DNA from: an uncultured Actinomycetota bacterium | GTDB lineage: Bacteria > Actinomycetota > Actinomycetes > JAHEKZ01 | Length of the DNA: 64,000 bases | Direction of reading: 5' to 3' | Assembly: GCA_963718235.1 (NCBI GenBank) | Contig: CAVQYR010000001.1 | Location: forward strand, 352,001 to 416,000 | Part shown: positions 37,819 through 45,880 of the stretch, in pieces | How positions within the stretch are numbered: the first letter of the stretch is position 1 | Layout: each line of letters begins with the position of its first letter | The notes under the pieces: model-generated | What the model was told of the DNA's origin: nothing | Databases searched by the model: none | Seen by the model: only the letters and a program-made list of their open reading frames with translations | Translations under genes and position numbers: made by a program

Positions 37819-39741
37819 TCAGGGGCGCGCTCCTGCGGTGCACGGGCACCCGGCGTGCCGGCCCACCTTCAGGTCGCCATGGTTCAGCCGTCCTCGTCCC
37901 GTGACCTTGGCGGCAGCGGCAGTGAGCGCAGCGGATCGCACGACCGCCTTACCGGAGCTGGTGCCGATGTCGAACGTGCGCTTGCCCGCGAGCATGGTGA
38001 GCTGTGGCGTTGCCTCGTTGATCTGCGACACGGGTCCACGGGTGATGTCCCGGTCGAGCAGAACCAGGTCGGCCTGCTTGCCCACCTCGAGGGTGCCGGT
38101 GGTTCGGTCCTGGTGGAGCTGGTAGGCCGTACCTGCGGTGTGCATGCGCAGCGACTGGCGACGGCTGATCCCCTGGTCGGGGTTCAGCGGCTCGTCCTCG
38201 CCGTAGATGCCGAACCGGTCGATGGCTGTCTGCACCTGGTTCCAGGGGTAGAGCGGGTCGACCGGCCAGTCCGAACCGCCGGCGAGGCGTGCCCCGGCAT
38301 TCAGCATGCTCTTGGCGGGGTACATCCGAGCGTGCCGCTCTGCGCCGATGAACGGTAGGAGCGCCTCCATCGTCCAGACGTTGCGTGTCGCCCACTGCAG
38401 CTGCATGTCCGGGACGACGTCGAGCTGCTTGAAGCGCCCGTAGTCGTCGGGATGGACCAGCTGCAGGTGCGCGATGGTGTGGCGGTTGCCCCGCGGGCCG
38501 TTGGTGCGTCGGGCGATCTGGAATCCGTCGAGCGCCGCACGCACGGCTCCGTCACCAATGGCATGTGTGTGGACCTGCCAACCCGCCTTGTCGAAAACCG
38601 TGGCGAATCGGCCCAGGGTCTCGCCGTCGACGTACAGCGACCCGTAGTTGTCGGTGGGAACACCGTCGGCGTCCAGGTAGGGATCAACGAGGGCCGCTGT
38701 TTGTGCCGGGTACTCGATGACGCCATCCATGAACACCTTGACCGTCCCGAAGGACATGTTCGGGGTGGAGCCGTACGAGGTCGCGAGGTCGCGCGCCCAC
38801 TCCAGGACCGACGTCGGGTCGGAGACCGCCTCTGTGGGGATCATGAGCGCGGGTACGACCCGCTGGAGGAGGTCTCCGTTCGAGGCCAGCGCAGCGTAGA
38901 AGTCCAGCTGCCAGTCGTCGACCCATGCGTCGAGGATCGACGTGATCCCTCCTGCTGCCATCTGCGCGTAGGCCCACTGGAACGCCGTGTACATCTGCTC
39001 GGGAGTCGCCTCGGGGATGTACTGCCGGACCAGGCCCTGGGCCTCGTCCTTGAGGACACCGGTGGGCTCGCCGGACTTGTCGCGGACGATCTCGCCTCCG
39101 GTCGGGTCCGGTGTGTTGGCATCGATGCCGGCGATGCTCAGCGCGCGGCTGTTCACCCAGAGGTTGTGCCCGTCCGAGCCGTTGAGGGCCACTGGTCGAG
39201 CGGTGGGCAGCGAGTCGAGGATGCTCTTGTTCGGCAGGGTGTCCGCTGGCGTGCCTGCGGGGTTCCATCCCTCGACGACGAGCCAGCTGTCCGGCTCGGC
39301 GCCGTACATCGGGTCCTGCAGGAAGGTGCTGACGAGCCCCTGCACCTCGGCCCCGGTGAGCTCGGCGTCCTCGAGCGAGGGGTTCATCGCGCGCAGGCCC
39401 GCGTACATCGGGTGGGCATGGCCGTCCTGGACTCCCGAGAGGACCGTCCCCCCGTTGCCGTCGACGATCTCGGTCGTCGACGTCCGGAACCGCTTGAGGC
39501 TCTGGTAGCCACCTACGCCGAGGACTCGGCCGTTGGCCCCCACGGCAATGGCCTCGGCCACGGTGCCGCGCGAGTCGCCGACGAAGACCCGCGCGTTGCG
39601 GATGATCGTCGCTGCCCGGTTGCAGCCTCCGCGGCGGGGTGCGGCAGCTCCGGCCGCGGCGGGCGACAGTCCTACGGCCGCGCCCGCACCGGCGGCGCCG
39701 AGGCCACCGAGGAAGAGGCGTCGGCTGATGTCTTGGCTCAT
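37819..39741 (-). CDS. Tat-exported amidohydrolase (YtcJ-like, family 3)
   Basis: SRRLFL; DGHAHP, KVFMDG, HAIGD, GSDWP and GTLEVGKQAD. Confidence 0.9.
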   Translation of the reverse strand: MSQDISRRLFLGGLGAAGAGAAVGLSPAAAGAAAPRRGGCNRAATIIRNARVFVGDSRGTVAEAIAVGANGRVLGVGGYQSLKRFRTSTTEIVDGNGGTVLSGVQDGHAHPMYAGLRAMNPSLEDAELTGAEVQGLVSTFLQDPMYGAEPDSWLVVEGWNPAGTPADTLPNKSILDSLPTARPVALNGSDGHNLWVNSRALSIAGIDANTPDPTGGEIVRDKSGEPTGVLKDEAQGLVRQYIPEATPEQMYTAFQWAYAQMAAGGITSILDAWVDDWQLDFYAALASNGDLLQRVVPALMIPTEAVSDPTSVLEWARDLATSYGSTPNMSFGTVKVFMDGVIEYPAQTAALVDPYLDADGVPTDNYGSLYVDGETLGRFATVFDKAGWQVHTHAIGDGAVRAALDGFQIARRTNGPRGNRHTIAHLQLVHPDDYGRFKQLDVVPDMQLQWATRNVWTMEALLPFIGAERHARMYPAKSMLNAGARLAGGSDWPVDPLYPWNQVQTAIDRFGIYGEDEPLNPDQGISRRQSLRMHTAGTAYQLHQDRTTGTLEVGKQADLVLLDRDITRGPVSQINEATPQLTMLAGKRTFDIGTSSGKAVVRSAALTAAAAKVTGRGRLNHGDLKVGRHAGCPCTAGARP

Positions 39742-40472
39742 GTTCGGCTCCTGCTGGATGGGATGGATACGGGATCACTGACGGTGGGACTGCGAGGGTG
39801 GCGGGAGGTGTCGCTGGGGTGAGGCGTCCGTGAGGCGACGCCGTCGAGGAGGAGCTCGAGGGCGTCGCTGAACGGGTCACTCTGTGGGGTGAGGTAGGGC
39901 CGCGCGGCAGCGATGTGGGGATAGCGGTCGGCCGGCAGATGACGGTAGGTGGTGGTCCATGCCCGGTCGTCGTGGTCCTGGGTGTCCGGGGGCAGGGACA
40001 AGTAGGCCGCGCTCAGCCCGGCCCAGGCCAGCGTCGTGTCGCCGAGCGCCCGCCAGACCACCACTGCCTCCTCACCGGAGAGGCCCGCATCGGAGAGCGT
40101 GGCCAGCACCCGTTCGATTCCCCGGGCCTCGTCGAGGCCCTGGGTGGTGCGAGCCGAGACCAGGACCGCCAGGCGCGGGTGTCGCAGCAACCCGCGGTAG
40201 AGCTCTTGACCGAGCGAGCGCAGCGTCGCGCGCCAGTCCAGCTCGTCCGGCACGGCGTCGAGAGCCTCACCGATCAGGTGGTCGGCGAGAGAGAGCAGCA
40301 GGTCGTCCTTGCTGCGGAAGTGGCGGTACACCGCCGTGGGGTCGGCGCCGAGCTCGGCACCGAGTGCCCGGAAGGTGAGCCCGGTCTCGCCCTCCCGGTC
40401 GATCAGGGCCAGGGCCGCCCTCCTGATCAGCTCAGGCGACAGCTGCGGGCGGCTGCGGGTCGTCGGGGGCAC
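39738..40472 (-). CDS. TetR-family regulator
   Basis: HTH LTFRALGAELGADPTAVYRHFRSKDDL; overlaps the amidohydrolase start. Confidence 0.92.
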   Translation of the reverse strand: MPPTTRSRPQLSPELIRRAALALIDREGETGLTFRALGAELGADPTAVYRHFRSKDDLLLSLADHLIGEALDAVPDELDWRATLRSLGQELYRGLLRHPRLAVLVSARTTQGLDEARGIERVLATLSDAGLSGEEAVVVWRALGDTTLAWAGLSAAYLSLPPDTQDHDDRAWTTTYRHLPADRYPHIAAARPYLTPQSDPFSDALELLLDGVASRTPHPSDTSRHPRSPTVSDPVSIPSSRSRT

Positions 40473-40502
40473 CGGGCGACTGTGGCCGACGTCCAGGTCG
40501 TT

Positions 40503-40517
40503 GTCAACACCGTTGAC
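40503..40517. promoter_or_regulatory. Palindromic operator GTCAAC-N3-GTTGAC, likely a TetR site
   Basis: Perfect palindrome 30 bp upstream of the tetR start. Confidence 0.6.
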
Positions 40518-40586
40518 TCTGAGTCGTTCCAGCCGTACCGTGGGTCACGGTCAGGACGACCGTCAGCAGACTTCCGAGGAGATGAC

Positions 40587-40988
40587 ATGTCGGTTCACAA
40601 GGACGCGAGCATGGCCGCCGTGGGTTGGACCGTCTTCGCGGCGACCATGATGCTCATCATCGGGTCCTTCTGGATCATCGCCGGGCTGGCAGGAGTCATC
40701 GGCGACAACACGGTGGTGGTCACCCAGGACTACGTCTTCGCCTTCGACACCACCACCTGGGGCTGGATCCACCTGCTGGTCGGCCTGCTCGTCCTGCTGG
40801 CGGGCTTCGGTTTGTTCAGTGGGGCAGTCTGGGCTCGTACGGTCGGCGTGGTCATCGCGGTGGTCAACGCGATCGTGGCCTTCGCGTGGCTTCCGCACTA
40901 CCCGTTCTGGGCGATCACGATCATCGCCATCGACATCGCCGTGATCTGGTCGCTGACCTCACACGGTCGAGACATCACCCGAGCCTGA
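40587..40988 (+). CDS. Four-TM actinobacterial membrane protein (DUF7144-like)
   Basis: GWTVFAA, WGWIHLLVG, WARTVGV and PHYPFW motifs. Confidence 0.8.
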   Translation: MSVHKDASMAAVGWTVFAATMMLIIGSFWIIAGLAGVIGDNTVVVTQDYVFAFDTTTWGWIHLLVGLLVLLAGFGLFSGAVWARTVGVVIAVVNAIVAFAWLPHYPFWAITIIAIDIAVIWSLTSHGRDITRA

Positions 40989-41029
40989 GTCACCACGGAG
41001 CTGTCGTCGGTGGTCGTTAGCATCGTGGG

Positions 41030-41854
41030 GTGAGTCGCCCCGACGTCGCTCCGGCCCTGGTCCGGGAGTTCGCGTCCACCGGTGTCGTGTGCGTGCGGGG
41101 AGTCCTCGACCCAGCGGAGGTGTCGGCGGCTGCACAGGCGATCGAGCAGGTGCTCGGATCACCCGGTCCGCTGGCGCAGGTCGCGAGTGGAGCGGACGAC
41201 CCCGGCTCGTTCTTCGAGGACTTCTGCCGCTGGTCGACGATCCCGGCGATCGAACGGCTCGCGCGGGAGTCTGCGGTCCCCGCCATCGCTGGACGGCTCA
41301 TGGACACGCCCACGGTGCGGCTCTACCACGACCACGTGCTGGTGAAGGAGGGCCGGACACGCCAACCGACGCCGTGGCACCAGGACCAGCCCTACTACAA
41401 CGTCGACGGTCGCGGCGTCAGCGCCTGGATCCCGGTCGACCCGGTGCCCGCGGCCGGTTGCCTGGAGGTCGTCGCCGGCACCCAGGAAGGTCCGTGGCTG
41501 ATGCCACGGACCTTCCTGACCGGCGACGCCAAGTGGTTCCCGGAGGGCTCGCTGCAGGAGCTGCCGGACATCGACGCCGACCGCGCGGCCTTCGACGTCC
41601 GGGTGTTCGACCTGCAGCCGGGGGACGCGATCTTCTTCGACTTCCTGTCCGTGCACGGTGCTCCCGGGTTCCCTTTCGACGGACGACGCCGGGTGCTGTC
41701 GCTTCGGTACCTGTCCGAGGCGGCCCGGCACGCACCCCGACCGTGGCGGACGTCGCCGCCCTTCGAGGGCCTCGACGCCGAGCTGCCCGAGGGCGCGCCC
41801 ATGGACCATCCGCTGTTCCCGGTGGTGTGGACGAGCCCGGGCGCCCGACCCTGA
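41030..41854 (+). CDS. Phytanoyl-CoA dioxygenase-family Fe/2OG enzyme
   Basis: TPWHQDQPY (HxD), GCLEVV, VHGAPG and RR.LSLRY. Confidence 0.88.
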   Translation: MSRPDVAPALVREFASTGVVCVRGVLDPAEVSAAAQAIEQVLGSPGPLAQVASGADDPGSFFEDFCRWSTIPAIERLARESAVPAIAGRLMDTPTVRLYHDHVLVKEGRTRQPTPWHQDQPYYNVDGRGVSAWIPVDPVPAAGCLEVVAGTQEGPWLMPRTFLTGDAKWFPEGSLQELPDIDADRAAFDVRVFDLQPGDAIFFDFLSVHGAPGFPFDGRRRVLSLRYLSEAARHAPRPWRTSPPFEGLDAELPEGAPMDHPLFPVVWTSPGARP

Positions 41855-41897
41855 CGCAGGGCGAGGTCGTGGTCCTGCGGTCGTAGGCTGGTCCGCC

Positions 41898-43049
41898 GTG
41901 AGTGCTCGAGACCCTGATGCCCCAGGCTCGGCGGAGCGGCGGCATCTGACACCCCCGCAGTCGTGGTTGGAGCTGTTCTACGACCTCGCATTCGTCGCGG
42001 CGATCGTCGTGGTGTCGACTGCGTACTCCAAGGATTACTCACTGCGCCAGTCCGCGTGGTTGCTCGTCGTCTTCTCGTTGATCTGGACCACGTGGCTGAT
42101 GAGTGCCCTCCTCATGGAGCGGGTCCGGATCGCCGGGACCTACCAGCGGGGACTCCTCGTCGGGCAGATGGCCATGGTGCTGCTGATGGCCGTGACGTCG
42201 GACGACTTCGTCCAGGACAGCACCGGTGCGGTGGCCCCGCTCTTCGCCGGCATCCTGGTCACGTTCCTGCTCCTCTACCGGGCGACCGCCCGGACGCCGG
42301 CCCAGGCGGGTGATGCCCCGGTCGGCCGGACGGCACGGCTCGTCGTCGCGATCGGGCTGTTCGTGGGAACGGTGTGGGCCGGGGGCTACGTCTACGTGCT
42401 GATGTGGTTCGCGGGGCTGGTGATCGTGCTCACGACCATCCGCTCGCAGTACCCCGACGACGACCGGCGGGGCCGCCATCTGGCTGACCGGTTCGGCGAG
42501 TTCACCATCATCATGTTGGGTGAGAGCTTCGTGAAGATCGGGCTGGTCGCCTCCGACGAGCCGCTCGACCGGATCGACCTCTTCGGGCTGCCGCTGACGT
42601 TCGTGCTGATGGCCGCTGTGTGGTGGATGTACTTCGCCCAGGTGGCCCCCGTGGGACTGCCCGGCCAACCCGTGCGACGGAACCTGTGGATCCTCGGCCA
42701 CTTCCCGCTGCACCTGGGGATCGCGGCGCTCGCCGTGGGTCTGGCCAAGCTCCTGTTGCCCATCGAGGGTGGCTACGCGGAGGAAGACCTCGGACTGATC
42801 ACGGTGCCACTCGTGCTCGTGGTGGTCTCGGTCGCGTTCCTCGACTGGCTGGGTGGTACCCGCGAGGGCCGCCTGCGTGCGCTGGTTCTGCTGTCCGGTG
42901 CTGTGGCTGTGGTGCTGGTGGCGGCAGTCAACCTGATCGGTGAGGACTTCGAGTTCGACCTGGGGGGCGCGGTGGCGCTCCTCACTGTGGTCATGTTCGT
43001 GACCATCCGGATGGCTCGCCGTCTTCCCGACGCAGCGGAGTCGTCGTAA
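41898..43049 (+). CDS. Low temperature requirement protein A (LtrA) family membrane protein
   Basis: SWLELFYDLAFV, DRFGEFTIIMLGE and WWMYF motifs. Confidence 0.88.
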   Translation: MSARDPDAPGSAERRHLTPPQSWLELFYDLAFVAAIVVVSTAYSKDYSLRQSAWLLVVFSLIWTTWLMSALLMERVRIAGTYQRGLLVGQMAMVLLMAVTSDDFVQDSTGAVAPLFAGILVTFLLLYRATARTPAQAGDAPVGRTARLVVAIGLFVGTVWAGGYVYVLMWFAGLVIVLTTIRSQYPDDDRRGRHLADRFGEFTIIMLGESFVKIGLVASDEPLDRIDLFGLPLTFVLMAAVWWMYFAQVAPVGLPGQPVRRNLWILGHFPLHLGIAALAVGLAKLLLPIEGGYAEEDLGLITVPLVLVVVSVAFLDWLGGTREGRLRALVLLSGAVAVVLVAAVNLIGEDFEFDLGGAVALLTVVMFVTIRMARRLPDAAESS

Positions 43050-43056
43050 CGGCGGG

Positions 43057-44163
43057 TCAGTGGCCGAGTATGGGTTCCTGCTGGGTGATGCAGTGGATGC
43101 CGCCGCCCCCTTCGTGGAGGCGGTCGACGTCGAGCTGCTCGACGACCCGCCCCGGGAACGCATGGCGCAAGGTCCTGCGGCAGGCGCGGTCGGTGTCCCG
43201 GTCGCCGAACTGCGCCGTGATGACCGCCCCCCGGGCGAGCGCGAAGTTGACGTAGGAGTCCAGGAACCCGCGGAAGTCCGAGCGCACCGACTCCGGTCCC
43301 TGCAACGGCACGACCGTCAGGCGGCGTCCCCGTGCATCGCGAGAACGGGACAGGATGTCGTACTGCTCGCGTGCGTCGTCGGCCCAGACGTCCTTGCGCC
43401 ACTTGGGCGGGACCTGCACGATCACGACGCCGGGCGCGACGAATCGGCTCGTCGCATCGATGTGGTCATCGGTGATGTCGCGGCCCCGGACCCCGGGCAC
43501 CCAGATCATCTTCCTTGCCCCGTAGGCAGCGAGCACAGCCCGCTCGACGTCGTCCTTGGTCATGCCAGGGTTGCGGTTGGCGTTGAGCAGACTGCTCCTG
43601 GTTGCGATCAAGGTGCCGTCACCGTCCGCCTCGACGGCACCACCCTCTCCGACGAACTGCGCCCGGTTGAAGGGGGCTCCTACTCGACGTGCGACGCGTC
43701 GCGCCACATGAGCGTCGCGAGCGACGGTCTGCTTGCCGCCCCAGCCGTTGAAGTTCAGCCCGATCGCCCCGACGGCTCCTCTGCCGTTCGTTCGGAAGAC
43801 CGGACCGCTGTCACGCATCCAGCAGTCGTCGACCGGAATCGACGTGATGACCCGAACGGTCGGCCCGCACAGGCGTCGGGCTCGCTGGGCAGCGTCGGGG
43901 TTCGCGCACAGGACCACCGGCTCGTACTTGGCGATCGTCCGGGCAACGCGTGCCACGTCGCGCTGCACGCCCTGCAGGAACCGGCCCCAGATGACCTCGC
44001 TGGAGGGCCAGGCCATCCAGGTACGACGGTGCTGCACCGACTCCGCAGGGACCATCCACGCTTTGCCGGTCCCTTGACCGCCGAGCGCGGGAGCGACGGT
44101 GTCGGCTGCAAGCCCGAGGCAGGTCGCGCCCAAGAGGGTGCGGCGGGTCAGGTCAGCGCTCAT
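43057..44163 (-). CDS. Agmatine/peptidylarginine deiminase with a Tat-like signal
   Basis: TRRTLLG; WMRDSGP, EGG, TDDHID and GGGIHCITQQ. Confidence 0.9.
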   Translation of the reverse strand: MSADLTRRTLLGATCLGLAADTVAPALGGQGTGKAWMVPAESVQHRRTWMAWPSSEVIWGRFLQGVQRDVARVARTIAKYEPVVLCANPDAAQRARRLCGPTVRVITSIPVDDCWMRDSGPVFRTNGRGAVGAIGLNFNGWGGKQTVARDAHVARRVARRVGAPFNRAQFVGEGGAVEADGDGTLIATRSSLLNANRNPGMTKDDVERAVLAAYGARKMIWVPGVRGRDITDDHIDATSRFVAPGVVIVQVPPKWRKDVWADDAREQYDILSRSRDARGRRLTVVPLQGPESVRSDFRGFLDSYVNFALARGAVITAQFGDRDTDRACRRTLRHAFPGRVVEQLDVDRLHEGGGGIHCITQQEPILGH

Positions 44164-44785
44164 CGGTGAGATCCCCTGGCGCGAGGTGTGACTGCGCCGC
44201 GCGCACGTACAGGTCGCGCACGGTCGCCGGGTCGAGGTCCTGGTCGGCCAGAGTCAGGTGGACCGAGAGCCCGTCGACCAGGCAGGACAGGAGCGTGGAC
44301 ACGGCCACCGGGTCGTCGGTGACGAAGGCTCCCTGCTCGCAGCCGTAGCGGATGACCTCGGCCAGTGTGTGGCGCCAGCGGGAGTCGAGCTGCGCCTGGA
44401 CGCGGGCGAGGTCGTCGTCGACGCCGGCGTTGGCCCACACCTCGAACCACAGCACCCAGCCCTGGTCGGCTCGCCCGGTCGACACCGACAGCTCGAGCAG
44501 CCGGTACAGCCGCAGCCAGGGTTCGGCGATCCGGAGGACCTCGTCGACAACCTCGCGGTGGAGGCTCTCCTCGCTGTGCTGGATGGCGAGCATCAGCAGT
44601 GCGGTCTTGCTCGGGAAGTAGTAGGTGACATGGCCGGTGCTCATGCCGGCCCGCTCTGCGATGTCGCTCATCCGGACGTCGGCGAGTCCGCGCTCACCGA
44701 TCACCGCGATGGCTGCGTCGACCACGGCCTGCTGCTTGGCCTGGCCCTTGGCCCGTCGTGTGGGGGCGGCTCGCTGGACGGTCAT
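44153..44785 (-). CDS. TetR-family (BetI-like) regulator
   Basis: HTH VRMSDIAERAGMSTGHVTYYFPSK. Confidence 0.9.
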   Translation of the reverse strand: MTVQRAAPTRRAKGQAKQQAVVDAAIAVIGERGLADVRMSDIAERAGMSTGHVTYYFPSKTALLMLAIQHSEESLHREVVDEVLRIAEPWLRLYRLLELSVSTGRADQGWVLWFEVWANAGVDDDLARVQAQLDSRWRHTLAEVIRYGCEQGAFVTDDPVAVSTLLSCLVDGLSVHLTLADQDLDPATVRDLYVRAAQSHLAPGDLTDER

Positions 44786-45813
44786 GCCGGCGCAGCCGGT
44801 CCGGCCGGGATCTGTTGGGTGATGCAGTGGGGCCCGCCGCCCCCGTACGCGAGGGTCGCACCAGGGACAGGGACGACCTTGCGCCCGGGCAGCAGCCGGC
44901 CCAAGGCATCGAGCACGACGTCGTCCTGCTGGGTCCCGGCGACGGGAACGACGACGCCACCGTTGGCCAGGTAGAAGTTGGAGTAGGACAGATCGCTACT
45001 GGGGCCGGGGTCGACCAGGCTGATCTCGAACGACCGACCCACGGCGTCGGTGGAGGCTCGGAGCGCGGTGAGGTTCGCCTCGCAGCGGTCGTGCTCGGCG
45101 TCGGAAGGGTCCGTCGGGGCCTCGACGAGCACGTGGCCGGGCGCGAGGTACTGCAGCACGCCGTCGACGTGCCCGTCGGTCCCGGCCGGGCCGACGTCGA
45201 GGCTGTGGCCGTACGGCAACCACACGATCGTGGTCACCCCCAGGTAGTCGCGCAGAGCCTGCTCGATCTCCGCCCGACCCAGGGTCGGGTTGCGGTTGGG
45301 GTCCAGCAGACACTGCTCGGTGGTGATCAGGGTGCCCTCCCCGTCGACGAAGAAGGCACCGCCCTCCATGACCAGGGGTGCGTCGAACCGGCGCATGCCG
45401 AAGTGCGCTGCAAGCAGCCGCGGAACCTCGTTGTCGCTGTCGTAGGGGTGCCAGCGCTCACCCCAGGCGTTGAACGAGAAGTTGACGACGGCAACCTCAC
45501 CCGCGGAGTTGCGGACGAAGGTGGGCCCGTTGTCGCGCATCCACGAGTCGTCGATCCGTCCAGGCAGCGCCTGGACGCCGCTGCCGCACCGACGCTTCAC
45601 CTCGGCGGTGTCGTCGGGGTTGCACAGCATCGTCACCGGCTCGAAAGCGGCGATCGCCGAGGCGACGGTGGCGTAGTCGCTCTTCGCGTCGTCGATTCGG
45701 TCGGTCCACAGCTCCCGGCGAGTGGGCCATGCCATGAGGCAGCCGGCGTGGGGCTCCCACTCCGCCGGCATGGCGAACCCTTCGCCGGCGGGAGTCTCTT
45801 CGACGTCGGTCAC
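44782..45813 (-). CDS. aguA: Agmatine deiminase
   Basis: MPAEWEPH, WMRDNGP, MEGG, TDGHVD, SYSNFY and GGGPHCITQQ. Confidence 0.9.
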   Translation of the reverse strand: MTDVEETPAGEGFAMPAEWEPHAGCLMAWPTRRELWTDRIDDAKSDYATVASAIAAFEPVTMLCNPDDTAEVKRRCGSGVQALPGRIDDSWMRDNGPTFVRNSAGEVAVVNFSFNAWGERWHPYDSDNEVPRLLAAHFGMRRFDAPLVMEGGAFFVDGEGTLITTEQCLLDPNRNPTLGRAEIEQALRDYLGVTTIVWLPYGHSLDVGPAGTDGHVDGVLQYLAPGHVLVEAPTDPSDAEHDRCEANLTALRASTDAVGRSFEISLVDPGPSSDLSYSNFYLANGGVVVPVAGTQQDDVVLDALGRLLPGRKVVPVPGATLAYGGGGPHCITQQIPAGPAAPA

Positions 45814-45850
45814 GTCTCCTCCAACCCGCCCTCTTCGGGCGGGGATGAGT

Positions 45851-45880
45851 CTAGGACAAGATCCTAGGATCGTATCCTAG
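45851..45880. promoter_or_regulatory. Two overlapping palindromes CTAGGA-N5-TCCTAG (probable operator)
   Basis: At 45851-45867 and 45864-45880, upstream of the aguA-tetR-deiminase operon. Confidence 0.65.

Noticed and set aside
36154-38358. 734-aa plus-strand ORF and similar long antisense ORFs (e.g. 621-1505, 38452-39822, 43060-44169, 62889-63902)
   Set aside because: Shadow frames opposite well-supported genes, expected in high-GC DNA; no recognisable motifs.
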